The notes beneath the pieces were generated by a model. The model saw only the letters and a list, made by a program, of their open reading frames with translations. It made no database searches and had not been told where the DNA came from. Below, piece after piece: positions 31,406 through 42,378 of a DNA stretch of 64,000 nt. The position numbers were made by a program, and so were the translations under genes. The first letter of the stretch is position 1; the number at the start of each line of letters is the position of its first letter. This DNA comes from a virus, in the IMG/VR virus record IMGVR_UViG_3300013114_000098; one strand, 5' to 3'.

Positions 31406-32304
31406 TGGGAGAAATTCTTGCACCAAAGGGCATATGCTTCTTTGCCTATAACAATGATCAACTAGACTATGTAAAAATGGCACTTACCGCTGGTAAGTAT
31501 GCTAAGAAAAATTTACATTTGCCTGTATGTTTAATTACAGATGATGGTTCTGAAAGTTGGCTAACCGAAAGTCAACCCAAAAAACTTATTAAAGAAGTGT
31601 TTGATTACATTGTGATTACTAATGATAAGTTGAAAGAAAATCGCAGACGTCACTTTGATAGCCCGTGGTCGGAATTCGCTGCACAATTTAATAACAGTAA
31701 CAAACATAAAATATATCAATACAGTCCATTTGAACAAACATTATTATTAGACATTGATTATATTGTAAAGACAGATGCATTATTAAAATACTTTGACAGC
31801 ACCCATCCAGTATGTATGTTTGATAATGCATTAACTATTAGAAACGAACTACCACTGTTACCTGAACGTTTCTTATATGATGCAGGAATTAAAATGTGGT
31901 GGAGTACTGTTGTTTATTTTGATCGTAGTGATTGGAGTAAATTATTTTTTGATACGTGGGCACACGTAGCTGATAACTATGAATTCTATCAGTACTTGTA
32001 TAACTTTCCAAGTAAGTTATTCCGTACAGACTATTGTGTAAGCATAGCAGTGCATATACTTGGCGGTATGCAAGAAACTCAAGTATCTCTAGGTAACTTT
32101 GATGATACTCCTATAGTGAACATGAGTCAGAAAGATGATATTATAGAAGCAAATGATATTAATGAATGGATAATGATTGCACATGATCAAAAAGAAGAAT
32201 GGAAAAACATTTTAGTTAAAGTAGGTAAACAAGATATACATGTTATGAACAAGAGAGCATTTGAAAGAGTAATTCCAAAGTTAATGGAGACATTAAATGG
32301 ATAA
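31405..32304 (+). CDS. Glycosyltransferase, GT-A fold (GT8-like)
   Basis: PVCLITD, SPFEQTLLLDIDY (DxD) and a C-terminal HVMNK. Confidence 0.65.
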   Translation: MGEILAPKGICFFAYNNDQLDYVKMALTAGKYAKKNLHLPVCLITDDGSESWLTESQPKKLIKEVFDYIVITNDKLKENRRRHFDSPWSEFAAQFNNSNKHKIYQYSPFEQTLLLDIDYIVKTDALLKYFDSTHPVCMFDNALTIRNELPLLPERFLYDAGIKMWWSTVVYFDRSDWSKLFFDTWAHVADNYEFYQYLYNFPSKLFRTDYCVSIAVHILGGMQETQVSLGNFDDTPIVNMSQKDDIIEANDINEWIMIAHDQKEEWKNILVKVGKQDIHVMNKRAFERVIPKLMETLNG

Positions 32305-33148
32305 GGAAGATAGAGGCTATGTAATATTGGCTATGCAAGACTTTGAATATGAACAAGCCACTGCTCTTGCATATAGTATTAAGATACATAACAAAGATGC
32401 TAGTGTTACATTAGTAACTAACTATGTTGATCGTGTACCACATCATTACGAAGAAGCATTTGATTATTTGGTCGACTTGCCGTACCCTAGCAACGATATT
32501 ACTAGAGTAAATGATTGGCAATTATATTGGGCTACTCCATATGTACATAACATTGTAATTGATTGTGCAAGTCTTGTAAAAGAGAATCATGATAGTATTT
32601 GGGAATACTTGGAAGACCATTATGATATTTACTTTTTTAATCAATCATTTAATTTTAGAGGAACACAATTAGAAAACAAAACATTTAAATTACTTGAAGA
32701 AGAATATAAACTTAGTACAGTATACTCACATATGTTTTACTTTAAACACGATACGGATTTAGCACTTGCATTTTTTAAACTAGCTGACGTGTATATGCAG
32801 AACTGGAGAGAAATTTTTGCACATTATATAGGAGAAGCACACCGCCCAAGTACATATGTTAATGACATAATGTATAGTTTATTAAACACAATAATATTAT
32901 TTGAACAGCCGGCATTGCATAACAACATTATAAACACAATTAACATGCCAGCTACATTAATGGCAGGCGACATTGGGCAATGGGACAAATGGACTGATAG
33001 ACTAAATGTTTGGAACAGCTATGGAGCAAAAGTAAAAATTCAAAACTTTGCAGTCGCTACCAATTTATATTATGGAGAACAAGAGTTCATGACGGAAGAT
33101 ATTTTTAATGGCCACCGAGACACTTATAGAGCAACAGCAAAACGTTAA
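32297..33148 (+). CDS. GT-A-like paralog of the preceding gene with a degenerate DxD
   Basis: Same layout (RGYVILA, VTLVT, ATPYVHNIVIDCAS); DxD is replaced by DCA. Confidence 0.5.
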   Translation: MDKEDRGYVILAMQDFEYEQATALAYSIKIHNKDASVTLVTNYVDRVPHHYEEAFDYLVDLPYPSNDITRVNDWQLYWATPYVHNIVIDCASLVKENHDSIWEYLEDHYDIYFFNQSFNFRGTQLENKTFKLLEEEYKLSTVYSHMFYFKHDTDLALAFFKLADVYMQNWREIFAHYIGEAHRPSTYVNDIMYSLLNTIILFEQPALHNNIINTINMPATLMAGDIGQWDKWTDRLNVWNSYGAKVKIQNFAVATNLYYGEQEFMTEDIFNGHRDTYRATAKR

Positions 33149-34088
33149 ACGTTCTTACTTTATAGTATTTGATGAGAGCGGAAAGATACGTAAGATCAAT
33201 AGCACCCCAATAACAAAGTTAAATGATAAAACATTAACTCAAATTGAAAGTACTAATCCAGTCTGTAAAAAACTTATTAAGGGCGAGGTTGGTTTAAAGA
33301 AGTATGGAATTATATGGGACATACTTAATGAGAAATGGGATATTGATCTTCGTCGTACTAAATTAGTGCTAGAGTTAAAGCATAATAAACTATTACCATT
33401 TGTATATGGAACTGATATAACAACTACAGAAATGTTTGTTAATATATTTTATAATGATAATGTTGCTGTAGTACAAGTCAATAAAGATAAAATTAAACGT
33501 ATTAAAAATTTAAGTGATATAACAGAAATATCAACACACGAAACAGAGTTACTAGATATATACATTACAAGAAAGAATGATCCAGATTATTTAATTACTG
33601 TACTTAAATTAGATCCATTAACTCTTTTTAGAACTGGGTTGCAAAAGATAGAACTTGGTATTACTGAACACGTAGACTGGCAAAATATTAGTATGTATAC
33701 AAAGCCAGTGTTTAGTAATTATGGTTGGAATTTATCAGACTCTATGGCAGACGTTCCTATAATAACAAACACAGTTTTACAGAAATCAAATAACAAAGAT
33801 AAAAATAACATAAATATTAACGTAGTAGATAATACTTTATATCTTAATAGTAAGTTAACTAAAGCACAAGAATATTATTTTGATGGACAGGCTGTACTAC
33901 GTGTTGTTGTATGCGACCATACTCCAGATAACTTAGTAGGTGCGTTTGAGGTACCTGTTAAACTTTTATTAGATAATGAAGTAAGCACGACAACAATAAA
34001 CTTTAAATGGCCTAAACAGCCATTGCTGTTATATAAAAATAATTATTTAACAGTTAGCACAGGAGATACACATGAGCAAAATGACTAG
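33108..34088 (+). CDS. Hypothetical protein
   Basis: 326-aa ORF overlapping both neighbours. Confidence 0.55.
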   Translation: MATETLIEQQQNVKRSYFIVFDESGKIRKINSTPITKLNDKTLTQIESTNPVCKKLIKGEVGLKKYGIIWDILNEKWDIDLRRTKLVLELKHNKLLPFVYGTDITTTEMFVNIFYNDNVAVVQVNKDKIKRIKNLSDITEISTHETELLDIYITRKNDPDYLITVLKLDPLTLFRTGLQKIELGITEHVDWQNISMYTKPVFSNYGWNLSDSMADVPIITNTVLQKSNNKDKNNININVVDNTLYLNSKLTKAQEYYFDGQAVLRVVVCDHTPDNLVGAFEVPVKLLLDNEVSTTTINFKWPKQPLLLYKNNYLTVSTGDTHEQND

Positions 34089-35058
34089 CATTAATGAGTT
34101 TGATATTGTATTCATTAGCTATGACGAACCAAATGCAGACGAAAACTATAATGATTTAATTAACAAAGCACCGTGGGCTAAACGTAGTCATGGAGTATTT
34201 GGAAGTGATGCGGCACACAAGGCCGCGGCAGACTTAGCAGAAACAGATAGATTTATTGGAATTGATGCTGACAATATTGTACATGATGATTTCTTTGGTG
34301 TTGAAGTTGATATGAAAAAAGTTAGAGATACTGACGTTATTAGTTGGGCTGGAAAAAATATAGTTAATGGATTAGTATATGGCAACGGTGGGATTAAGTG
34401 TTGGCCTAAAGAAGTTGTGTATGGAATGCAAACACATGAGAACGCACCTAAGGGTGACAAGAGAGCACAAGTAGACTTTTGTTGGAATATTAATTACGTG
34501 CAAATGAATAATATTTACTGTGATGTAATGAACAATGCTAGTCCACTACAAGCGTGGCGAGCAGGTTTCCGTGAAGGTGTTAAGATGGGATTAGTTAATG
34601 GTGATGTTATTGATCCTTTACAACTTAGAGAAAAGGTACACGACAAGAATTATAAACGATTGCTTACATGGATGAGTGTTGGTGATGATTGCGAAAACGG
34701 ACTGTGGGCTATTTACGGTGCAAGGTTAGGATGTCATATGACAAACATTACTAGAGAAGATTGGGATTGGAAAAACGTTAGAGACTTTGATTGGCTAACT
34801 AAATTCTATCACAGTGATGTGTTACCAAACTTTGAAGAGAGTAGTGATCAACTTTGTCCACGTACTGGAATGAAATGGAATTATAAAACATTACAAGATG
34901 AAAGTAATAGACTTGGTTATGAGCTACGTTCTAAATTAGATCTTGAAATTGCTGACTTAGGTAAAGAAGGCTCACGCTTCTTTAAGAAAGTATATATAAA
35001 CCCTAGCAGAATGGGTGCTCAGATTAGAGAAGACCAAGTAGAAGATACATTGGAGTAA
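34072..35058 (+). CDS. Glycosyltransferase-like protein (GT-A)
   Basis: IVFISYDEPNAD, IDADN (DxD), NGLVYGNGG and QAWRAGFREGVK motifs. Confidence 0.6.
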   Translation: MSKMTSINEFDIVFISYDEPNADENYNDLINKAPWAKRSHGVFGSDAAHKAAADLAETDRFIGIDADNIVHDDFFGVEVDMKKVRDTDVISWAGKNIVNGLVYGNGGIKCWPKEVVYGMQTHENAPKGDKRAQVDFCWNINYVQMNNIYCDVMNNASPLQAWRAGFREGVKMGLVNGDVIDPLQLREKVHDKNYKRLLTWMSVGDDCENGLWAIYGARLGCHMTNITREDWDWKNVRDFDWLTKFYHSDVLPNFEESSDQLCPRTGMKWNYKTLQDESNRLGYELRSKLDLEIADLGKEGSRFFKKVYINPSRMGAQIREDQVEDTLE

Positions 35059-35060
35059 TT

Positions 35061-36284
35061 ATGTCTAATACACGACAAAATCTGAGTCCAGGAGAATCAT
35101 CAATTAGGTGGACAAAAGATCCTTTGTTTGGTAACGTATGGATTAAAGATACTACAGGACTAGACTTTGATGAAGATCCTGACTTGAGTGGTAAGTATTG
35201 TCAGAAACTTTACACATGGTTTGAGGTTGATACGTATGGGAACGCCTGGATGTGTTGTCCTGCTTGGTTGCCTTATAGTATTGGTAATATATTAGAAAAT
35301 AGCATAGAAGAACTTTGGAATGGCAAACGAGCACAGGAATTACGTAATCAAGTTTTTACTGGTAAGTGGAAATACTGTCAAGCTAGTTTTTGTCCATGGA
35401 TACAAGGAGACCATCTTCCTGACATAAAAGATGTGTTATTAAAAGAAAACTCAACATTATATATTTCAGATGCAGAAATTAATGCATTACAAAATAAGTC
35501 ATTAATATCTACACGATTGCCTACAAACATTAACTTTAGTAATGATGAGAGTTGTAACTTAAGGTGCCCAAGCTGTAGAATAGAAAAAATATTATACACC
35601 GAAGGACCATTATATAATAAACGAAAGAAAATTAATGATAAAATTATTGAGACATTTTTAACAACACCAACAGACAGACATTTTAGTATTTTTGTAACTG
35701 GCAGTGGAGATCCATGGGCTAGTAAAATTTATAGAGAAATGTTGTATAACATAGACGGAAACGACTTTCCTAATCTCGGAATTAGTATGCAAACAAATGG
35801 TGTTATGTATACTCCTAAATTATGGAATCGTATTAGTAAGATACATAAAAATTTAAGAGACTGTCGTATTAGTTTCGATGCTGGAACTAAAGAAACATAC
35901 GAACACAAAACAAGATTAAATGGAGATTGGGATTTATTATTATCTAATTGTGATTTCTTAGATAAAAAAAGTAATGAGCTTTCTGGATTTAACATTCATT
36001 ATGACTTTGTTGTACAGTATGACAACTACAAAGAAATGAAAAGATATATAAGGCTTGTGCAAGAACGTTTTCCTAATCACGCAGATATTTGTTTTAGCTT
36101 GGTTGCCGATTGGGGCACATGGTCTGATACGTCTGCAGAAAATTATAACAGTAAATGTATATGGAAAAAAGATCATCCAGAGCATCAAAATTTTTTAAAC
36201 ATTTTAAAAGATCCTATATTTGATAGCAAAGGAGTTGTCTTAGGCAATTTAACATCAATGAGAAAGAAAGCGTTATCGCAATGA
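35061..36284 (+). CDS. Radical SAM protein with an N-terminal SPASM/twitch-like Cys cluster
   Basis: CNLRCPSC, GSGDP and TNG; N-terminal C...CC...GN...C...C. Confidence 0.85.
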   Translation: MSNTRQNLSPGESSIRWTKDPLFGNVWIKDTTGLDFDEDPDLSGKYCQKLYTWFEVDTYGNAWMCCPAWLPYSIGNILENSIEELWNGKRAQELRNQVFTGKWKYCQASFCPWIQGDHLPDIKDVLLKENSTLYISDAEINALQNKSLISTRLPTNINFSNDESCNLRCPSCRIEKILYTEGPLYNKRKKINDKIIETFLTTPTDRHFSIFVTGSGDPWASKIYREMLYNIDGNDFPNLGISMQTNGVMYTPKLWNRISKIHKNLRDCRISFDAGTKETYEHKTRLNGDWDLLLSNCDFLDKKSNELSGFNIHYDFVVQYDNYKEMKRYIRLVQERFPNHADICFSLVADWGTWSDTSAENYNSKCIWKKDHPEHQNFLNILKDPIFDSKGVVLGNLTSMRKKALSQ

Positions 36285-37762
36285 ATGAAAACGAATTAAA
36301 ACATGCATTAGTTATGAAAGACCGACTTAATAAAGTTGGTTCGGGATTCTGTTTGGCTAAGTGGGATCAGGTAACAATGCATTTACATAATGGCATGACT
36401 CATAGTTGCCATCACCCAGCACCTCATAAGATACCGTTGATAGAGATTGAAAATAACTATAAAGCAATTCATAATAGTAAAGAAAAAATCAGTGAACGAC
36501 AAGCAATGATAAACGGAGAACGTCCTAGCCCTTGTAACTTTTGTTATAAAATGGAAGATAATAATTCTGAAGCAGTTAGTGATCGTTATCTCAAAAGTGC
36601 TAATCTATTTGAAAAGAGTTTTGATAAAATTGTTAAGAGCGGCACAGGAAAAGAATATGTTCCAGAGTATGTTGAGGTTAGTTTTAGTAATGTATGTAAT
36701 TTAAAATGTACGTATTGTGGCCCACACTTTAGTAGCAAGTGGCAACAAGAACAAGAACAAGAAGAACCAATTATGTTACAAGATGAGCATGGACCTAATT
36801 GGGATTATCATAGTCTTGACTATCTTAAAAGCAAAGACGAACTTCCTATACCACATAAAGATCATAATCCATATGTTGAAGCATTTTGGAAATGGTGGCC
36901 TGAATTAAGAAACAATCTTAAAACTTTACGTGTTACTGGCGGCGAGCCTTTAATGGCAAAGGACACATTTAAACTTTTAAAAGAGTTAGAAAACATTCCA
37001 GCACCTGAAATGCAATTAGGAATAAACACAAATTTAAATGCTCCACAGAAAAATTGGGAACAACTAATAGACTTTATAAAGAAAAACGAACAGGAGAACC
37101 TTGTTAAGAAAATAACATTGTATACTAGTTTAGACGGATGGGGAGAACAGGCAGAGTATATACGTAGTGGATTAGATTTTAAATTGCTATGGGATAGATT
37201 GCTTTATATAATTGAAGAGCATCCTTCAGTAGACAATACTATTATGACAGCGTACAGTGTATTAAGTTTACCAAGTTATAAAAAAATGCTTGAAGAAGTA
37301 TTAGCTATAAAGAGAAAACATAATATGTATAACGGAGGTCTAGAAAGTAGATTCTATCAATACAAAAACTGGATGCAAGAAAATGGAAACGGTGATTTCT
37401 TTGTTAGAGGTGAAAAGCCATGTAGTGTACATATAGATATTAGCCCTATACGTTTTCCTTGGTTTCTTAGTTTAGCAAGTGCCCCTAAAGAATTATCAAT
37501 GCCTTATCTTTGGGATCAATATAAATTTATGATGGGAAATTTAACACTAGGCAACGACAACAGAAACTTTTATGACTTTGAAGCAGAAAAGATGGGTCGT
37601 GTAAATGACTTGGCTTTCTACAGAGAAATGTCAGATAAATGGTCAAGAATTAACATGTCTAATTTTAGAAAGTATATTGATACAATAGACAAACGTAGAG
37701 GTACTAACTTTTGTAAAGTATTTCCTGAACTAGAAGAATACTACAGAGGTTGCAATGAATAA
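36281..37762 (+). CDS. Radical SAM protein
   Basis: CNLKCTYC, TGGEP, NTN and SLDG; N-terminal CLAKW...SCHH...CNFC. Confidence 0.88.
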   Translation: MNENELKHALVMKDRLNKVGSGFCLAKWDQVTMHLHNGMTHSCHHPAPHKIPLIEIENNYKAIHNSKEKISERQAMINGERPSPCNFCYKMEDNNSEAVSDRYLKSANLFEKSFDKIVKSGTGKEYVPEYVEVSFSNVCNLKCTYCGPHFSSKWQQEQEQEEPIMLQDEHGPNWDYHSLDYLKSKDELPIPHKDHNPYVEAFWKWWPELRNNLKTLRVTGGEPLMAKDTFKLLKELENIPAPEMQLGINTNLNAPQKNWEQLIDFIKKNEQENLVKKITLYTSLDGWGEQAEYIRSGLDFKLLWDRLLYIIEEHPSVDNTIMTAYSVLSLPSYKKMLEEVLAIKRKHNMYNGGLESRFYQYKNWMQENGNGDFFVRGEKPCSVHIDISPIRFPWFLSLASAPKELSMPYLWDQYKFMMGNLTLGNDNRNFYDFEAEKMGRVNDLAFYREMSDKWSRINMSNFRKYIDTIDKRRGTNFCKVFPELEEYYRGCNE

Positions 37763-39044
37763 AATTTTTGATATTATTAATAACAATGCTTCTGAAAAAG
37801 AAATTATAAAACAAACAGAAAGTTATTGCCCATTGCCGTGGAGCCACTTACATGTCAGTGCAAGTGGTGATGTGCTTCCTTGTTGCATAGGGCAATGGAA
37901 AATGCCATTGGGAAATATAAACAAACAAAGTTTTGATGACATATGGCAAGGTGATGAAATTAATAAAATACGCAAGGCACTTGTAGATGATAAGAAAGTA
38001 CCTCAATGCAGTACGTGTTACTTAAAAGAAAAGGATAGTGGATTTAGTTTACGGCATGATGCTATTGCGAAGTTTCATAATGTAAGTAAGGACATGGTGC
38101 TTAGTACTAATGAAGATGGGTCGGCTCCTGATGCACGTCCAGTGTATTGGGATATTAGGTTCAGCAATATATGTAATATGCGTTGTAGAATGTGTGGACA
38201 CTTTAGTAGTAGTAAATGGTATGCTGATGCTAAAAAGTTAGCAGACGATGGCATATACAATTATGGCACTGATAAAGATCAAGCTATAATACATGGTGTG
38301 GAAGATAGTGAAAAATTATTAACCAGGTTAGAAGAGTATTTGCCTTACGTGCAAGAGTTATACTTTGCAGGAGGTGAGCCACTGTTTATGGAAGAACATT
38401 ATACTATATTGAATAAACTTATTGAGATGGGGATAACAGATGTGTTCATTCGTTATAGCTCTAACCTTAGTATAATGAAATATAAAAATACAAATGTAGT
38501 AGACTTATGGAAACATTTTAGTAATGTTTATTGTGCAGGCAGTATAGATACATACGGTGCTCGTGCAGAAAACATACGCAAGGATACAGTGTGGTCTGAG
38601 ATAGAAGATAATATGAGACTAATAAAAACAACAGCACCAAAAGTTTGGCTAGGCATTAGTCCTACAATACAAATTATGAATGCATATACAGTATGTGAAT
38701 TAAACGAGCAATGGATTAGTAATGGTTGGTTAAATCGTTGGACTATGTATTGGAATATTTTATCCAGCCCTAGTTTTTATAATATACAACACTTACCAGA
38801 TCATATGAAACAAGAGCTTATAGAGATATGGACTAAGCATTTGAAATGGCTTAAGATTAAAAAAAATAGTCCAGTGCATCACACAGTTAATGCTACTATT
38901 AAGTGGATGCTTAGTGGAAAACACAATCCAGAAGAGTTGATTAAAATGTGCGACCACACCAAACGTATTGACAAGTTGCGTAATGAAGATACACGTTCAG
39001 TTTTTCCAGAGCTTAATTATATATGGGAAAACTATTGGGAATGA
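37755..39044 (+). CDS. Radical SAM protein with an N-terminal SPASM/twitch domain
   Basis: CPLPW...PCC...GN...CSTC followed by CNMRCRMC, AGGEP and SID. Confidence 0.88.
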   Translation: MNKIFDIINNNASEKEIIKQTESYCPLPWSHLHVSASGDVLPCCIGQWKMPLGNINKQSFDDIWQGDEINKIRKALVDDKKVPQCSTCYLKEKDSGFSLRHDAIAKFHNVSKDMVLSTNEDGSAPDARPVYWDIRFSNICNMRCRMCGHFSSSKWYADAKKLADDGIYNYGTDKDQAIIHGVEDSEKLLTRLEEYLPYVQELYFAGGEPLFMEEHYTILNKLIEMGITDVFIRYSSNLSIMKYKNTNVVDLWKHFSNVYCAGSIDTYGARAENIRKDTVWSEIEDNMRLIKTTAPKVWLGISPTIQIMNAYTVCELNEQWISNGWLNRWTMYWNILSSPSFYNIQHLPDHMKQELIEIWTKHLKWLKIKKNSPVHHTVNATIKWMLSGKHNPEELIKMCDHTKRIDKLRNEDTRSVFPELNYIWENYWE

Positions 39045-40270
39045 TACCTTACATAGAACAGAACGAATATTGGAGAGATAATCTCATACTTGAACTACTT
39101 GATTCTAGATATAAGCTGATACAAAGAGATAATGGTGTTTACATACACTGGTGTGAAATTACTAAAGACCCTGACAGCCATGACGCTATACAAGGTAACA
39201 TACTGCCGTTTATTCCTACTAAAGTAATAAACGACTTACGTACAAACGACGCATGTATTGTTTTTAGCACATGGCAAGAAAGTACTAACCCAGTGGATGA
39301 TTATCCAATAGAACATTGTATTGATTTTGACTTAGTATTAGAAAAGTTTTGCGATGATAATAATATACCTTGTCGCAATGTTGTGTGGGTTAGTGGAGAC
39401 TTAAAAGTACAAGAGAGGCAAAAGAGTAAACGTATTAAAGCATATGGATTTACATGCTATGGGCATGATATACTACGACACGTAGAAACTGAGATAGACA
39501 AGACACAATGGAACTTGCAACCAATTACTAAGCGAACGTTTGAAAAAGACTTTATATGCTTACAACGTTTTATGAAGCCAGGTAGAATATACTGGAGTTT
39601 ATTATTGTATAGGAATAACTTTATACATTCACAGTATGTTAGTATTGCAGATAAAATAGCAGGCTGGAGTTTTTTTGAAAAGGCTAAAGCATTTTATTTG
39701 TCAGCAAAGAAACATTATAAACATATGTCTGCTTACAACTTATCGTGCGACCAATACTTTAAAGATATGTGGCATGACTTAGCAGATTTAGGACTTAGTG
39801 TTCCTGTAACAGTAGATGTACAAGACCATGATAAGAATTGGTGTGCAGGTTGGGATACTACATTAAGTAGTTTGGAATTTTATAATAAAAGTTTTGCAAG
39901 TGTAATAACTGAAACAGACATGCAGAGCAATGGATTGTATATTAGTGAAGCTACATTTAGGCCATTTATATATCAACAACCCTGTGTCTGGGCAGGACAA
40001 GCAGGCATTGTTAAGCAATTAAATGATTGGGGATTTAAGACCTGGTCTTGGTTAGCAAGTGAAGATTATGATAATTGTCATTATATGATTGACAGATTAA
40101 ATATGTGCAAGGATAGTTTAATAGAAATGATATCAACAAGTAGAGATAAAAAAGTTTTAGAACGTATACACGAACAAAATATCTATAACTGGAATCATCT
40201 ACAGAATAAATTTGTGGAAGACCAAAGAACTAGATTTATTAAATTGTTAAATGATATTGTAAATAAATAA
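39041..40270 (+). CDS. Hypothetical protein, possibly GT-B-like
   Basis: SVITET...ISEATFRP...GFKT...E.YD C-terminal motif of phage glycan-island proteins; ATGA coupling to the upstream gene. Confidence 0.45.
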   Translation: MIPYIEQNEYWRDNLILELLDSRYKLIQRDNGVYIHWCEITKDPDSHDAIQGNILPFIPTKVINDLRTNDACIVFSTWQESTNPVDDYPIEHCIDFDLVLEKFCDDNNIPCRNVVWVSGDLKVQERQKSKRIKAYGFTCYGHDILRHVETEIDKTQWNLQPITKRTFEKDFICLQRFMKPGRIYWSLLLYRNNFIHSQYVSIADKIAGWSFFEKAKAFYLSAKKHYKHMSAYNLSCDQYFKDMWHDLADLGLSVPVTVDVQDHDKNWCAGWDTTLSSLEFYNKSFASVITETDMQSNGLYISEATFRPFIYQQPCVWAGQAGIVKQLNDWGFKTWSWLASEDYDNCHYMIDRLNMCKDSLIEMISTSRDKKVLERIHEQNIYNWNHLQNKFVEDQRTRFIKLLNDIVNK

Positions 40271-40281
40271 CATAGGAGTAA

Positions 40282-41145
40282 ATGGTGATTTTATTAACAG
40301 GTGCAAATGGATTTATAGGAAACTATTTGCGTAATAATATAGACTGTATCACAGTTGACTATGAAAACTGTGACTTCAATGGAGATTTAAATGACTGGAA
40401 TTTTATTCAGAGTTTGCCAGATGTTGATACAGTAATACATTTAGCCGCGTTTAATAGTACAAAGAATTTTTATAGTACGCCGTTTAGTGTAATAGATAGT
40501 ATTATAACTCCTACAATGAATTTATTAAAGCGTTACACTAATGCTCACTTTGTATATGCCGGAAGTAGTGAAGGATATGCTGGTACTGTAAATTTGGGTT
40601 GGACTGAACCACCCACACCAGAAAATGTTCCTCTAACAATAGAAGACATAACTAATCCACGTTGGAGTTATGCTAGTGGTAAGATTGCAATGGAGAGTGC
40701 AGTAATCAGTAATAGCGTACAAAATGGGAACACATATACTATTATTCGTTTTCATAATATATACGGGCCTGGACAAAAGAATCATTTTATTCCAGAGTTT
40801 GTAGATAGAGTACGCAATAAAGATTTTGTTCTATATGGATATGATAACACTCGTAGCTTTTGCTATATTGATGATGCAGTAGACTTAATAACAAAAGTAT
40901 ATAATACTAAAAATGAGATTATTAATATTGGTTCTCCAGATGAGAATAAAATAATAGATGTAGCTCGTGTTATTATGTCGCAACTAGAATTAGATAATGA
41001 GAAATTAGAACTACATCCAGACCCACCTGGTAGTACACGAAGAAGACTACCAGACTTAACTAAACTGAATAGTCTTGTTACTGACTTTCAGTACACACCG
41101 TTAGAAGAAGGAATAAGGAGAATATTAAATGGTATTAAAAACTAG
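40282..41145 (+). CDS. NAD-dependent epimerase/dehydratase (extended SDR)
   Basis: TGANGFIG, HLAA, YASGK (YxxxK), RFHNIYGP and RSFCYIDD. Confidence 0.9.
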   Translation: MVILLTGANGFIGNYLRNNIDCITVDYENCDFNGDLNDWNFIQSLPDVDTVIHLAAFNSTKNFYSTPFSVIDSIITPTMNLLKRYTNAHFVYAGSSEGYAGTVNLGWTEPPTPENVPLTIEDITNPRWSYASGKIAMESAVISNSVQNGNTYTIIRFHNIYGPGQKNHFIPEFVDRVRNKDFVLYGYDNTRSFCYIDDAVDLITKVYNTKNEIINIGSPDENKIIDVARVIMSQLELDNEKLELHPDPPGSTRRRLPDLTKLNSLVTDFQYTPLEEGIRRILNGIKN

Positions 41146-41641
41146 CGACAACATGATTGGCCAGAAAGCATGGGCTATTGGAGATATGGTAAATGGCACA
41201 CCAAGTCTTGTAATGATTATTTGTAACCACTGTCCTTATGTATTATTTAGAATGCCAGCAATATCACAGTTAGTTAAAGATTATAATGACAGAGTATATT
41301 GCATAGCAGTGAATAGCAATGATAGTAGCAAGTATGAAGAAGATGCTCCAGAGCTTATGCCAGAGTTTAAAAACAAATATGGTCTTGCATGTGAATATAT
41401 GTTTGACGAAGATCAAAGTATAGCACGTGCATACGGAGCAGTATGTACTCCAGAGTTTTATGTAGTTAACAGCGAAGGCATTATAGTGTATCATGGCGAA
41501 CTAGACGCAAGTCATACAAGCAATGACTTAATGCCCACAGGCAGTAGTTTACGTCATGCATTAGATTTAACTCTTGCTGGAAAAGAAATTACATGGGATG
41601 TAAATCCAAGTTTTGGTTGTAGTGTAAAATGGAAAGCATAA
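41129..41641 (+). CDS. Thioredoxin-fold (AhpC/TSA-like) protein
   Basis: CNHCPYV, DEDQSIARAYGAVCTPEF and GCSVKW. Confidence 0.85.
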   Translation: MVLKTSDNMIGQKAWAIGDMVNGTPSLVMIICNHCPYVLFRMPAISQLVKDYNDRVYCIAVNSNDSSKYEEDAPELMPEFKNKYGLACEYMFDEDQSIARAYGAVCTPEFYVVNSEGIIVYHGELDASHTSNDLMPTGSSLRHALDLTLAGKEITWDVNPSFGCSVKWKA

Positions 41642-42378
41642 TGGAAAGACAAAGCCGTAAGTATAAAAATGATTATAGAGATTTGAGTTATCGTTGGCAA
41701 GACGAACTTAAATCTATAGACAACGAAGAATGGAAAAAAGAAATTGCATACAACTGTAGTCCATTTACTGTTACGCAATTGCCAGCAGTTTTAGATTTAA
41801 TAGATACAGTTGAAGATATTATATTAAATGACATACCAGGAGACTTTGTAGAATGCGGAGTCTTTATGGGCGGCAGTTGTATGATCATAGCTGAGGTTTT
41901 AAAACATTATAATGTTAATCGTACTATATGGCTTTTCGATACATTTGATGGAGTACCTATGCCGAGTGAACATGATGTTACTCCTGAAGGCGAAAGTTTA
42001 AAGGATTGGTATAAGAATAAAAAATTAGATACTAATAATAAAAGCACATGGTGTTATTCTGCATTAGATGATATAAAAGAAAACTTTACAGAATGTAATT
42101 ATAAAGGTGATACAAAATTTATAATAGGCAAAGTAGAAGATACTATACCTAATAATGCTCCTGATAACATTTCTCTTTTAAGAATAGATGTTGATCTTGC
42201 AGAGTCAACAAGACATGTATTAGATCATTTGTATCCAATACTAGTTACAAACGGGCATTTAATTTTAGATGACTATGGACATTTTCCTGCTGTTAAAGAA
42301 ACAGTAGATGATTATTTTAAAAATGATCCTAAGACATTACAAGAAATTACATATACAGTTAGGCATATAATAAAATGA
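41641..42378 (+). CDS. TylF/MycF-family sugar O-methyltransferase
   Basis: PGDFVECGVFMGGS, FDTFDG, LRIDVD and DDYG. Confidence 0.9.
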   Translation: MERQSRKYKNDYRDLSYRWQDELKSIDNEEWKKEIAYNCSPFTVTQLPAVLDLIDTVEDIILNDIPGDFVECGVFMGGSCMIIAEVLKHYNVNRTIWLFDTFDGVPMPSEHDVTPEGESLKDWYKNKKLDTNNKSTWCYSALDDIKENFTECNYKGDTKFIIGKVEDTIPNNAPDNISLLRIDVDLAESTRHVLDHLYPILVTNGHLILDDYGHFPAVKETVDDYFKNDPKTLQEITYTVRHIIK

